The notes under the pieces were generated by a model. The model worked only from the letters and a program-made list of their open reading frames with translations. It did no database searches and was not told the origin of the DNA. Shown here one piece after another: positions 1-13,025 of a stretch of 64,000 nt of DNA. Numbering within the stretch: the stretch's first letter is position 1; every line of letters begins with the position of its first letter. The position numbers were made by a program, and so were the translations under genes. The stretch is from Eledone cirrhosa (taxonomy: Eukaryota): positions 197,656,001 to 197,720,000 of the forward strand of contig OZ024742.1 of NCBI GenBank assembly GCA_964016885.1, read 5' to 3'.

Positions 1-764
1 GCCGTAACTCTATGCGTCAAAGCATAGCATCCGACCCTCTACCGATACTGCCAATCCACCGCGTAATAATGGAAATTTCCTTCAATAATACAGAAAAAAT
101 GGCAAAATATTGAAATATGCTTCTTAGTTCTTTCAGTTAAAAAAAAAGAGAAAATAAAAAACAAGGAGCAGCTGCAATGAAGGCAACCCGTCTAAGATAA
201 CAGTAACTCCATATAAATACTTGAATGAAGTACAACCCATCCATGGAGGCAGTATCCTGAACAGAGATGTAGACTCTATAAGTTGTAGGGAAGGCATCTA
301 ATCTAAGACAGCAATCACTCTGAATTAAAACTGATGGTGGAAAGGAGACACTTTAGTCCTGACATACAATCTCTCCAGTGCTGGTGACAGTCTAATATAC
401 ACCTGTTCCATGGTGTGAAGTAGTCGGTGATAGGGGAAGTAGTGGGAGGAAACTACCTTGAACAGAGCAGTGCTTGTGATTCATAACCAGTTTGTTCCAG
501 GTGATAAAGATTAAGTTTAGCTGTTCTCTCTGGAAATTAAAAAGCTGAAAAATGTTTCAATAAAGCTTTAACAGTGGTTTTCAAAATTCCAGGTCATATT
601 TCTTCCCTTACAATACCAGTTTTCCTCAATTCCTCTCCATTTTCAATCATTTGATAAGTTTTCACCTAAGCACCATATTAACATGAGCAAGCTTTACAAA
701 TCTCAATAATTGTGTAATCCTAAATGATATGATATTCATAGTCACTCTTATAGTTGTGTATGTT

Positions 765-799
<35 letters not shown>

Positions 800-1728
800 T
801 GTATATATGTTGTTTTACCCTTTCGTTCTAATGTAAGACACTATCTATGTTGTTTAACCATTTCATTAACATATTTCTAATAAAAGATTGCCTATTTTGT
901 TTAACCATTTCATTACTATATTTCTAATAGAAGACACTGCTTATGATTTTTAAATAATTTTTAAAATAATCAAGAATTGGGGTGATTTAGTGATATAACT
1001 CATTTTCTCAAAGCAACAATATAACAATTTAGTGTTTGTACCTACCCTTACCTTAATCACAATTACAAGCAGCTAAACTGGAGTTCCTTCAAATAGTCTT
1101 TAGAGTAATGTTACTTGAATGGGTGTGTAGCTTGGAGATCAGTGAGTCACTCCAAGTAGAGCCACTACTTCTCCAAAACAAGCGATCACTGTTCCAATAC
1201 TACAGGCATAGTTAGAATGTCTATTTGAAGAATCACTGGACAGATTTTACAAGCAAAGCCAGCTGGCAGGAAACCCTATGGAAGACAATGAGCAAGATGA
1301 TTGTATAACATCCATGAGTTTGGTTGGTATCACTTGGGGATCCAGCTGGATCATTTGAAAACTGTTACTTACGATAGAACCTCCGAGAAGGTGTATCTGA
1401 GGAGGAGGAGGAGGAGGAGAAGAAGAAACCTTTTTATTAAATTGGTGTTCAGAACAACTAAGGTTATTACATAAAATTATAGTGGAAAGTTTTTTTTAGA
1501 TAAATATAAACACTTTAACTTGTTAACATATTTCTGACAGATGCTGCCAATGATTTTCATTTAATTTTGAAAATTATCAGGAATTTGGAGGGATTTAGTG
1601 ATATCACTAACTTTTAATTTTCAATTTTTTAAGTTGGTGTTTGACATAACTTTCTTCTTACATAAAATGTGAATACTTTAAAACAAATAGTTTTGTTTTA
1701 TAGAAATATGAGCAGTTTCATGTAGTTT

Positions 1729-1925
1729 AATAATAATAATTGTTTCTACTTTAGGCACAAGGCCAGCAATTACCCAGTGCATTACTGGTACTTTATTTTA
1801 TCGACCCATTAAGGATGAAAGGCAAAGTCAACCTCGGCAGGATTTGAACTCAGATCGTAAAGGGACGTAACTATGCTGGAAAGCATGGTGTCCGACCCTC
1901 TACCGATACTGCCAATCCACCGCCC
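1729..1925 (-). mobile_element. tRNA-derived SINE family 1 (~190 bp, (ATT)n tail)
   Basis: The minus strand has A-box TGGCAGTATCGG, B-box GAGTTCAAATCC and a central GCCTTTCATCC..GGGTCGATAAAATAAAGTACCAG motif. Many near-identical copies are in the window, including a partial one at 1-62. Confidence 0.85.
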
Positions 1926-2150
1926 TTAGTTTAATAATAATAATGAAAATTATTGTGTAGTGCTCAGGTGCACCACAATTCATCAAAGGTGCATATATAG
2001 TACATATAACAATGTACAAATGCCAGGAAAGTGAACAGTGTATCAAACAGGTTGGTATTTTAAGACCAGAGAAAGGTTCAGCAGCTAAGTCCCATGCACC
2101 TTTTTGAACCCTCAAAAAGTCTAACGTATATAGGAGTCTGTAAGTATATG

Positions 2151-2190
<40 letters not shown>

Positions 2191-2203
2191 CTTTATTTTA
2201 TAC

Positions 2204-2347
2204 AGAAATGCCTTCTACAGAATTAGAACTGTTTCATTTGGATGAAACCATCAGAGCATTCCTGATGATTTCAAACAAATGAAACAATTCTATAGATGCC
2301 TATACTTTACCAATGTATTGAGGGCCTTATTTTAACTGTGGTCACCC
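2204..2347. mobile_element. Second copy of the palindromic hammerhead/pLTR relic family
   Basis: CTGATGA at 2262-2268 and GAAAC at 2281-2285, with an inverted partner on the minus strand. Extension aatgtattgag...ctgtggt. Confidence 0.6.
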
Positions 2348-2661
2348 CTGATCCCTATTTTCTGTGCCTGTATATGTCTGTGTGGTGGTAAGAAACTCTC
2401 AGGAGAGCTGGGCAGCAAATGTTTCAGCCCTTAACTTCTAAGAGTTGAAACACTCATAGTATATAGTAAAATATCCCGCCGAGGTTGACTTTGCCTTTCA
2501 TCCTTACGGGGTCGATAGAATAAAGTACCAGTAATGCACTGAAATTGCTGGCCTTGTGCCTAAAGTAGAAACAAGTACATAGTAAAATATCTGTTATACA
2601 TGCATGATTCTTTCACAAATGAAAGTTTGACTTAGTCACATATATATATATATATATATAC

Positions 2662-4488
2662 ATTGGAGAGAAGTGTATCCGGAATGATAAAGGTGAGCTT
2701 GCCCTCACAAGTGCTGAGAAGAAAGATGCATGGAAGAGTCATTATGATAGATTACTAAATGAGGAGAATGCATGGGAAGAAGAGACCCTACCCCACGTAG
2801 ACCCTATAGAGGGACCAGCAGTACAAGTCAGCGGCAGCGTAGTAAGTAAGGCAATCAGAGATATGAAGATAGGGAAGGCAACCGGTCCATCGGGTATAGC
2901 TGCCGAGATGCTGAAGGCATCTGGGTCTGTAGGTCACACTATAACCACACGTATCGTTAACCAGGTAATACTAGAGGGGGCCATACCAAAAGATTGGTGC
3001 AGTAGCATCATTGTCAACTGCTACAAAGGTAAAGGCGATGCACTAGATAGAGGAAACTATAGAGGTATAAAGTTGATGGACCAGGTCATGAAAGTAACAG
3101 AAAGAGTTATAGCACAGCTGATTAGGGACCGGGTGAATATAGACGAGATGCAATTTGGGTTTGTTCCAGGGAAAGGCACCACTGATGCGCTCTTCCTTGT
3201 GAGGCAATTACAGGAAAAGTACCTAGCTAAAAGTAAGCCACTCTACTTGGCATTTGTCGACCTTGAGAAAGCCTTTGACAGAGTTCCACGTGCAGTAATC
3301 TGGTGGGCTCTTAGAAAACTAGGAGTAGATGAATGGCTTGTGAAAGCGGTACAAGCCATGTATAGGGGAGCAGTCAGCAAAGTTAGGATTGGCAATGAGT
3401 ATAGCGAGGAATTTAGCGTACAGGTTGGGGTCCACCAGGGCTCTGTTCTTAGCCCTCTCCTGTTCATCATAGTCCTGCAGGCAATAACGGAGGAGTTTAA
3501 GACCGGATGCCCATGGGAACTCCTGTATGCTGATGACCTCGCACTCATAGCTGAATCTATGGTAGAACTAGAGAATAAATTCCAAACCTGGAAGCAGGGA
3601 CTAGAGAGAAAGGGCCTCAAAGTCAACATGACAAAGACTAAGGTCCTTATAAGTAGACGAGAAAACAGAACCCAGATCCCCTCAGGGAAATGGCCTTGCT
3701 CAGTATGTAGGAAAGGTGTAGGTAGGAACTCCATTCTTTGCCCCAAATGCAAACAATGGGTACACAAGAGATGTAGCGGGATCTCAGGAAGCTTAATTAA
3801 GAATGTAGGATTCACATGCAGCAGCTGTGCTGAAACAGCAAGCAAACAGCCACAGGAAACAAGTACCACCAATCTCTGGGAGGGCCCTGTAGAAACAGTA
3901 GACAGCTTCTGCTACCTAGGTGACCGAATTAGCAACGGAGGTGGGTGCTCAGAAAGTACAATAACTAGGGTAAGAACGGGATGGAAGAAGTTTAGGGAAC
4001 TACTACCACTGCTAGCTGCAAAAGGCTTCTCCCTCAGAATGAAAGGCAGACTGTATGATGCGTGTATCCGAACAGCGATGTTGCATGGTAGTGAGACCTG
4101 GGCGCTGAAGGTGGAAGACTTACGTAGATTAGAGAGAAACGAAGCCTGCATGCTCCGATGGATGTGTAACAGTAATATACGTGAACGACAAAGCATAAAT
4201 GAATTGAGAGAGAGACTGAGCATAAGAGGAATCAAATGCTGCGTGCAGGAGAGGCGGTTACGCTGGTATGGACATGTGATGCGTATGAAGGATGACAGCT
4301 GCATAAAAAGGTGCAGAGCACTAGAAGTTGATGGAAACCGCGGAGTGGGGAGACCCAAGATGACTTGGGATGAGGTGATAAAAGCCGACCTTACCCAACT
4401 ACACCTCTCAAAGTCAATGACACACGACCGTGACTTCTGGCGTCACGCAGTAATACAGGGTACCCGACCTCCCATGGGTACATGCTGA
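2662..4488 (+). pseudogene. RTE LINE reverse transcriptase ORF (N-terminally truncated, no endonuclease) with inserted PHD-type C4HC3 finger
   Basis: The frame is open from 2662 (IGEKCIRNDKG...) to the stop at 4488. Motifs: KGKGD..NYRGI, QFGF, FVDLEKAFDRV, GVHQGSVLSPLLF, LLYADDL, FCYLG, RRLRWYGHV, GRPKMTW. Confidence 0.92.
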
Positions 4489-4780
4489 AGCATATAAACA
4501 ATATGCCCCCCCCCCCCCCACCGCAAGGTGGTCGTGGAGGCGCCACGGCAAAAAAGCACCCAGCCCACACTGTAAAGTGGACGTGTAGGCGCCACGAAAA
4601 AGCACCCAGCACTCACTGTAAATGAGGTTGGTGTTAGGAAGGGCATCCAGCTGTAGAAATCAAGCCAGATCAGTTCCTGTATGAGCAAGGCATGGTCAGC
4701 CGACCAGACACTGCCCACAACAGGACAACCCGTCTAACCCATGCTAGCGTGGAAGAACGGACGTAAAACGGTGATGATGA
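2662..4780 (+). mobile_element. 5'-truncated RTE-clade LINE, well preserved, inserted in (TA)n
   Basis: RT ORF followed by a 3'UTR with ~48-bp repeat units and the terminus ...aacccatgctagcgtggaagaacggacgtaaaacggtgatgatga. (TA)n lies on both sides. Confidence 0.93.
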
Positions 4781-4855
4781 TATATACATATATATATATA
4801 TATCTACACATACACACATATATCTACACATACACACACATATATACATACACAC

Positions 4856-4901
<46 letters not shown>

Positions 4902-5594
4902 TATATAGATGTGACTGTGTGTCTTTAGAGCAGACCAGCTGAACCAAAGACAGATTTGTCCAAACTCTAAAATATATATATATTTTTTTTTTTTTTTTCG
5001 TATTTAAAAAATTCTTTTCTTTGTCATTTTCGCCTTCATGTTTTTATTTTTTAAAAATCAAATCAAATCATTCTTGTTGTTGTTCTTGATGTTGCTATTG
5101 TAAATACTTTTTGAGAGTTCTGAGCTGAACTGATGAAAAAAAAAAAAAGAAAAAAAAAGAGAACTATAATTTTTTAATGTTTTTTTTTGTTTCCTTAAAT
5201 GTTGCCCTTATAACAATTTCTGCCATGCAGTGTAGTGCTGTGGTGCATCAGTGCAGGACTACAGTGCACTAAAGCAATGAAATCAGAAGTCTGGTTCTAT
5301 GTGTTTTATGAATTTACAGTATCCAGTTGAAATGTCACCGGATAATGAACAATCTGATGATGATGGTGATGGTGATGATGATTCTTTCTGAAATTGGCAC
5401 AAGGCCAGCAATTTGGGGAAAGGGGAAAGTAAGTTATATCAACCCCAGTATTTAACTAGTATTCTTTTTTATTTGAGCCTGGAAGGATAATGAGATTTGA
5501 ACTCAGATGTAAAGTGTCAGAACAAATACCACAAAGCATTTGTCCAGTGTTCTAACAATTCTGACAATTTGCTGCCCTAATAATAATAATAATT

Positions 5595-5930
5595 TGCCCT
5601 TTTGACACAAGAGAGCAAGAAAAGGAGGAGAAAATTAACCAGTACCAGGATCTAAAGTGGGAACTGAAAAGGATTTAGAACTATCATGAGGTACTATCTC
5701 GAAGAGCTTCCAAGGCTGGTTAAAGAACATTTGCCCAGCTTCCCTTTTTTAGGATCACTCCAGAGGGCATGCCTACTGGGAACAGCAAGGACTCTCCAAT
5801 ACATCTTGAATATCTGAGGCTGCAAGTAGAGGCTTGATGTTCATTAGGGAAAATGAAGTGCTTGATGTTCATTAGGACAAATTTTCCAGTTAAATAGCTT
5901 CAATGACTGAGATATCAAAGTAATAATAAT
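5595..5930 (+). mobile_element. R4/Dong-like REL-endonuclease LINE 3' relic flanked by (TAA)n
   Basis: PFDTR..EKEEKI..YQDLKWELKRI and LQRACLLGTART motifs, with taataataa at both ends. Confidence 0.65.
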
Positions 5931-6117
5931 AATTGTTTCTACTTTAGGCACAAGGCCAGCAATTACCCAGTGCATTACTGGTACTTTATTTTATCGACCC
6001 CATAAGGATGAAAGGCAAAGTCAACCTCAGCGGGATTTGAACTCAGATCGTAAAGGGACGTAACTATGCTGGAAAGTATGGCGTCCGACCCTCTACCGAT
6101 ACTGCCAATCCACCGCC
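5922..6117 (-). mobile_element. SINE family 1 copy
   Basis: Near-identical to 1729-1925. Confidence 0.85.
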
Positions 6118-6994
6118 AAAGTAATAATAATAATAATCTCATGCTAAACATTCCCCAGAATGATGGAGCTTCAATTTAACAATAAAAGGCAATAAAACCA
6201 TAAAAAGATTTGTTTTGTATTAAAAGTAGAAATGGAATTAATCCAGCTAAGAGATAACAAATTTTGTCAAGATTTTTAATTAAAAATTAAAATTATAAGA
6301 ACACAATATACAAGGTTTGGTTTGTTTTTGCTGTTAAAAGCATTTGAAAATTTGAAATATTTCTTGGAGAAAACATAAGAGTTATGTTAATGATCAGAGT
6401 TAGTTTTTCACCATGGATTTAGAGTTTATGTGGTTAAGTTCTTAGTTTTTTTTATAGTTGTTTTTTAAAAGAATAATGGCAACAGTTTTAGAGACCCCAA
6501 AATAAAAGAGACAAACGAAAATTTCTTTTCTTTAAAAAAAAAATGAAAACACAGGTAGGATAAGTTCATTAAGAATACAGATAAAAAAAATAATTATTGA
6601 AGATGGTAACATTAGAACAATTAGTAATAACGACATTGAGTAAATTATCCAGTTGAATTTAAACAAAAAAATGAAAAAATTGAAATTTTGTAACAACAGA
6701 TCCACCACCCACAGAATTTAAATGGGATGATTTGGTGAGAAGAGAGATGTCATTTTGACTTTGAACTCCACATGCCTTATGCATACACACACACATATTT
6801 TTATACATTCACACACTCACACGTGTATACATAAGGCTTGTTGAAAATCCACACCACAGGTAAGACACAAACTGCATTATGATAATTTAACTGTTGGAAT
6901 GGTAAACCAAACTGTAAACTATTATGTAATATCTTTGATGCAGTTAATAATTAATACATATGAGACATGAGGGACATCTAATATGAAGGAAACC

Positions 6995-7500
6995 ACCACC
7001 ATCAATAAGGTTTGTGAAAAAGGGAGAGAAGCCATCTACCACAGTTAGAACATGTGGGCTATGTGAGTTGGCCTGGGAGAAAGGTTGCAGTTCCCTAGGG
7101 TTGTTAAACAAAAACCCTGAGGCTAGATGTGGTTCTGTGGTCTGAAAGGGTAAAACGAGATAATACTGATTGAACTCACAATCCTATGGGAAGAAGAGTT
7201 TGGCCACACCTTTGATCAGAAGAGTGCCAAGTACCAAGAACTTGTGCAGGAGTGCAGGGAAAAAAGGATGGCAGGCATAGCTATTTCCAGTTGAGGTGGG
7301 CTGCAGGTGATTCCCAACTCACTCAGCATGGAGAATGTTCACTGCCAGTGGAATGACAGGAAAAGAGAAGACTATAGTTCACAGGATGAGGGAAGCAGCA
7401 GAAAAGGCAGAAGATGGGCAGTAATTTGGCCACCACTTCTGACCAACCAGAGGGATAAAAAAACTCAATAAGCGTTAGACATTCTGATGACATCAACACC
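6995..7500 (+). mobile_element. HERO-like REL-endonuclease LINE relic
   Basis: LR.DVVLWS, IILIELTI.WEE, KSAKYQELVQECR and LFPVEVGCR.F remnants with frameshifts. Confidence 0.7.
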
Positions 7501-7894
7501 TCCTGGCCAAGGTTATGTTCACTGAAAGTGAATGAATATGAGGCATCTTGAAGATGCCTCATATTGCCATGGAAGATGGACGTTAAACGATGATGGTATA
7601 CACATACACACAAGCAGATATATATATATATATATGGGTATATAAGCCTATATACAATATGTCTATTAATATTAAACATATATATAGTCTTACTGTAATT
7701 ATATAAGTCTATATATATCTTTATTCAGAGTAATGGTGTTATAGTGTTATCTCTTATACATTGGAAAGAGTTGGGGCCTGACGGCAGAGCCCTTGCTATT
7801 TCAGCATCTAGTTCCAGACTGCTGAGTAATAGTCTAACTAGTTTAAAACTGGTTCTTTCCTGATATATATATATATGTATATATATGCGAGTTC

Positions 7895-8080
7895 TGGGAA
7901 ACCACAGTAAGTAAGGTACTCAATACATTAGTAGAGTGTATACAACAAATTTAATATAGAAATAGCTTCTACTGGACTAGAATTGTTTCATTTGAAGGAA
8001 ATCATCAGGAAAGCTCCATATTGCTTTCCTGATGATTTCCTTTGAATGAAACAGTTCTAGCCCTGTAGAAGCCATTTCTC
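7895..8080. mobile_element. Short palindromic Penelope-pLTR relic with two inverted hammerhead motifs
   Basis: Inverted repeat 7958-8014 / 8023-8079. Plus copy: gctttc CTGATGA tttcctttgaat GAAAC agttctagccct GTA gaagc. One-sided extension containing gtactcaatac. (TA)n flanks. Confidence 0.7.
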
Positions 8081-8409
8081 TCTCTATATATATATGCTCC
8101 ACCTACCCATTTTTTTGATTTAGTGAAAGATGAATCTCTGCAATTGACCAATTACAGGATAGACACAGGACAGCAAGATTTGAACACGGAAAGCATAATA
8201 TATAGAACTGATACCATAAAGCATCTCATCTGATTCTCTAACAATTCCGTCAGTCTGCAGCCACACTGGACTGGACTGGTGTTTTAGTCATTGACCTCTG
8301 AAAAGATGAAAGGCAAATTAACCTTCGTGGAATTTGAACTCATAGTGCAGAGATCTGGAATACCACAAAGCATTTAAACAATTGCTCTATCAACTTTACC
8401 AATTTACCA

Positions 8410-8461
<52 letters not shown>

Positions 8462-8706
8462 TAGATAGATTTCTTTATTAGCCACAGGGGCACAAAAGAA
8501 GGGGACAAATACATATAGATAGATAGATAGATATATAAAAATAAAATTAGAATCTTATTTCTCACCCTAGCACAGCTGATACATACATGTGCATACTTAT
8601 ATATATATATATATATATATTCGTGAGTGAATAATAATAATAATATTATAAAAATATCATAACATTATTAATATTTGGTTTGATTACAAGTAAACAATCT
8701 CATAAT

Positions 8707-9050
8707 ATCATCATCATCATCATCGTTTAACGTCCCTGTTCCACGCTTGCATGGGTTTGGACGGGGGTTTTCCCACTTGAGGCAAGAGTGGTTGTCTTGC
8801 TCGCATAGGACTGTCTGGCGGGTTTTCTACAGCTGGATGCCCTTCCTAACACCAACCACATTTACAGTGTGGAACTGGGAGGTTTTTACCGTGTTGCCTA
8901 CACGGTCACATTACAGCGTGGACTGTGTGTTTTTTTTGTCGCGACACCTACACGATCTCGTTTGTTTCGGCCTGGATGTTGTGGCACCAACATAACTTTG
9001 CATTGAAGGGGGCGGTGTGGATGGGGTGGGACGGGGGTGTATTTTGTTAG
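8707..9050 (-). mobile_element. RTE LINE 3'UTR fragment (family B) with (GAT)n tail
   Basis: Near-identical to the 3' ends at 49493-49960 and 61556-61890. Confidence 0.85.
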
Positions 9051-9470
9051 ATATATATATATATGTACACATAGACATTTATATACAACTGTTCCTCTAC
9101 ACTCGATATGACCGTACATAAGCAGGATACAGACCCCCTTGGCCTGCCTGGGACATCAGTGGCCCTGCTTCAGTACTGACTTGATCTATATATACCTGTC
9201 AAATCCTTGCTAGCATGGAGAGCAGACGTTAAATGATGATGATATATGTGCATTTATACACATATTCATACATATTTATAAGTGTGGGTTTATATATATG
9301 TGTGTGTGTGTATATAATAAGTAGATTCGAAGTTAGTGTTGCAGCATATGTACAAAAACAACCCAACACGAACCAGACCTCGTAACCGTATTGAGTGCTT
9401 CAAATGGCACGCCACCTGTAACTGTAGTTAAACAATTATATATATATATATACATATACATAAAAACAGT

Positions 9471-9749
9471 GGAGGCACGTGGCCTTGTGGGAAGGGTGTT
9501 GGACTTACAATTATGTCTTGGATTCGATTCCTAGGTTGCATGTTGTGTTCTTGAGCAAAACACTTCATTTCACGTTGCTCCAGTATACTCAGCTGAAAAT
9601 GAGTACCAGCAATAGCTGGGGTTTAACCCTGCGATGGACTGGCGTCCTGTCCAGAGGGGAGTCTTGTACTCTCAGTTGCTTCACACCATAAAACCAGGAT
9701 AAGCACCAGCCAAATGAGCCTTCTGGCTTAAGACAGACTTTAGACTTAG
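9471..9749 (+). mobile_element. CORE-type tRNA-derived SINE (family 2); relatives at 23755-24017, 11455-11600(-), 18840-19247(-), 36790-37085(-), 42530-42670, 45350-45575, 54750-55035
   Basis: tRNA-like head, a gtgt(c/t)cttgagcaa(g/a)acact CORE-like segment and ttcacgttgctccagt..actcagct. Confidence 0.7.
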
Positions 9750-9939
9750 ATATATAAAAAGTCCAATCCTTACTAACAAACAAAATGGATATTAAATGAT
9801 GATGTGGCAGAAGAAGAGGATGAGAGAGAGACAAGTAACAAAACTATTTCAAAGAATCATAGAAGCAGTGACCAAATTTGGAAATAATGTATGAAGTAGG
9901 AAATAATCACAATTAATAAAGGAACTGTCATTATCATTA

Positions 9940-11065
9940 AAGGGTCGGATGCCATGCTTTGGCGCAAAGAGTTATGTCCCTTTACGATCTGAGTTCAAAT
10001 CCCGCCGAGGTTAACTTTGTCTTTCATCCTTACGGGGTCGATAAAATAAAGTACCAGTAATGTACTGGGTAATTGCTGGCCTTGTACCAAAAGTAGAAAA
10101 AATTATTATAAGTAGTGGTAGTAGGGCAGTGGATTGGCAGACTCATTCGAGTATCAGACAAACGACTTTGTGGTATCTGTTCTGTCTCTTTTCGTTCTGA
10201 GTTCAAATCCTGCCAAAGTCAACTTTGCCTTATAAAGTACTAGTAACAGCAGTGCCCCAGCTTGGTCTTAGCCTGTCAGCTGGAACACATAATAGAGTAA
10301 TATAGTCAAGTAATGGGTTAGATTTAATTTTGCCTTCTTCCATATTGCTTGCCTTGTGCCTAAATTAGAAGTTATTGTTATCATTGGTCTAACCCATGCT
10401 AGCATGGAAGGTAGACGTTAAACGATGATGATTACTCTTATTTTTATAGTGTGCTGTCACAGTGTACCTTGGGTTTTTGTTATATTGACAGTACTCTTCA
10501 TAATATGAGTGCAGTGGCTAACAGTTCTATTTCATATATACAGTATACATTTGTAAGTTCTGGGGATTTGGTTATACAACTTTCAGTGTGTGTGCGTGTG
10601 CATGCTTTTTTTTTTTATTATCTTTCCATAAGCACTTATTATTATAAGGATTGCTTCTGTCTCCATCACCTACATTATTTTCACTGTATTGGTAGAGGGT
10701 CGGATGCCATGCTTTGCAGCATAGAGTTACGCCCTTTACAGTCTGAGTTCAAATCCCGCCAAGGTTAACTTTGCCTTTCATCCTTACGGGGTCGATAAAA
10801 TAAAGTACCAGTAATGCACTGGGATAATTGCTGGCACTGTGCCAAAAGTAGAAACAATTATTATTATAATTATTAGTATCGGTAGTGTCAGACAAAATGT
10901 TTCAAGGCATATAGTTACATCCCTTTACGTTCTGAGTTCAAACCCCGTCAAGGTTAATTTTGCCTTTCATCCTTACGGGGTCGATAAAATAAAGTACCAA
11001 TAATGCACCGGGGTCGATTTAATTGACTTCCCCCTCCCCTAAAATTGCTGGCCTTGTGCCATTAA
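9940..11065 (+). mobile_element. Cluster of SINE family 1 copies (9940-10110, 10124-10240, 10690-10866, 10875-11065)
   Basis: Repeated gagttcaaatcccgcc..gcctttcatccttacggggtcgataaaataaagtacc. Confidence 0.8.
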
Positions 11066-11639
11066 TATTATTATTCCATTACACAGAATCTAACATATTT
11101 TGTTGTTCCTTTCTTCAAACCAACTCCAATCAATGAGTTGAAACAAATATTACAGGAGATTTAATCCTTTAGTTACCATATTTTTAGTAAAAGACACTGC
11201 CTACGACTTCCAATTAATTTTGGAAATAATATAATTATTATGGAAGGTATATATATCATCATCATTCATCATTTCATTTTACGTCCGCTTTTCCCTGCTT
11301 GCAAGGGTGGGACGGGAACTGATTCTGCCTTGATTTCTACATCTGGATGCCCTTCCTAACACCAACCTCATTTACAGTGAGTGCTGGGTGCTTTTTTGCC
11401 GTGGCACCTCCACGACCACTTTGCAGTGGAATGATAGAGACCTCAGTTCTATCATCTCATTTCTACAGCTGAGTAAACTGGAGCAATGTGAAATAAAGTG
11501 TCTTGCTCAAGGAAACAACACATCACCCGGTCTGAGAATTGAACTCACAACCTTTCGATTACAAGCCCAATGCTCTAACCACTAAGCCATGAGCCTCCAT
11601 ATATATACATATAAACATATACTTGATAGAGGCCGTAGC

Positions 11640-11795
11640 TCGGAGATCAGAATCACTCCAGGTAGAGCCACTACTTCTCCAAACTGAGAGATCACAGCTG
11701 ATACTTTGGGCATGTGATTAGAATGTCTCAGGAAAGAATTGCTCAACAGATTTTATGGGCAAAACCAACCGGCAGGAGACCCAGAGCTAGACCCT
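11640..11795 (+). mobile_element. Old RTE-type (Expander-like) LINE C-terminal relic; relatives at ~1130-1400 and ~47850-48210
   Basis: VEPLLLQ.ERSQL..FGHVIRM..ERIA.QIL.AKPTGRRPR.RP. Confidence 0.65.
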
Positions 11796-12521
11796 GAGAA
11801 ATATGGTTGGGTAATATCCTTTACAATTTCTGCCTACCAAATTCTCTGACAAGACATTGGTCAGCCTAAGGCCAAAGTAGAAGACACATGTCCAACAGTG
11901 GGACTGAAACTAATAGCGTGAGGTTGTGAAGTGAATTCTTTAACCAAACAGCCACACACATATGTATATATATATATACATGTATATAGAGACATACATA
12001 TAGTATGGTGGAACTACTTCTACCAAATTCGTCCCATGGACTGAGTGCTCTATTACTATGGATATAACCCACCAGTGTCCTACTATTATATATATATATA
12101 TAATCATTTAACATCCACTAAGTACAAAATTACAAAAATGATTAAGGTAGTAGTTAGTATATTTGGTAGTGAACTAAAGGAGGCGATGCAATTAAATTAG
12201 TCTTGAACTAATTAGTATCTTATTACTGATCAATAAAGAAATCAATCAGCTAGGCAGTTTAACAAGCACTTTAATATATTTGTATTATTTTTATATGTTA
12301 GAAAATATTTTAATAAAAATATACATTTAAAGGCAAAAAGGGTGGGTGTGTTGCCCTCGAATTAAGTAAGGATAGGCAAAGGTGACTATTAATTCAACTA
12401 AATTCATTATATCATAGGTAACTAATTAGGCTTAGACAGTTTAAATATTTTGGTTATAATGAATGTAAATTAATCATTGACTTTAAAGATAGTTGTCTGT
12501 GAAGGTGTCATCATTATTTAA

Positions 12522-12724
12522 CCCTTTAGCATTTAAACCAGTCATCTCCAGCCAGAACTCTCTCACCTCTTTCTGTTCAAACCGGCTGTAACTGGCAGCT
12601 CATACCTACATTAAGGTATTCAAAATCTTGTAGATTCAATATTATGTGATATAATTATATAAGATAAAGCCTTTACTGTGAAAATAGAATAGTAAATATA
12701 TAGAATAATGTAAGTACGAAAGGG
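12522..12724. mobile_element. piggyBac-like MITE (TTAA TSD, CCCTTT...AAAGGG termini)
   Basis: ttaa|ccctttagcattta ... aaaggg|ttaa. Sister copies at 44554-44772 and ~41217-41422. Confidence 0.75.
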
Positions 12725-13025
12725 TTAACACCCTTTTCCTCTGCTAGCAAGGGTTGGACTGACACACACACACAAACATATATATTTAATAAATTTGTTT
12801 CATGTTTTCAGAGTGGAGTTGTTTAACATCGTAAGTAAATATGTTATTTATATTGTTTAATAGATTCTGAAGAAATCAGTACAGAGCAAAATAATGGAAT
12901 ATCTTACTGTTTTGATAGAAACATTTGTAAATCAATGAGATAATTTAATGTAACTTAATCCTGGTTATTTTATTCTTTTATATATATATATATATGTATA
13001 TGTATGTATGTATGTATGTCTGTGT

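Noticed and set aside
1729-1925. tRNA gene (A and B boxes present)
   Set aside because: There is no cloverleaf, and the boxes are followed by a SINE body and AT tail in many copies. It is a SINE head.
3243-4358. Long antisense ORFs (also 21063-21353, 50281-50634, 60981-61235, 61987-62487, 63388-63984)
   Set aside because: They are shadow frames opposite retroelement ORFs.
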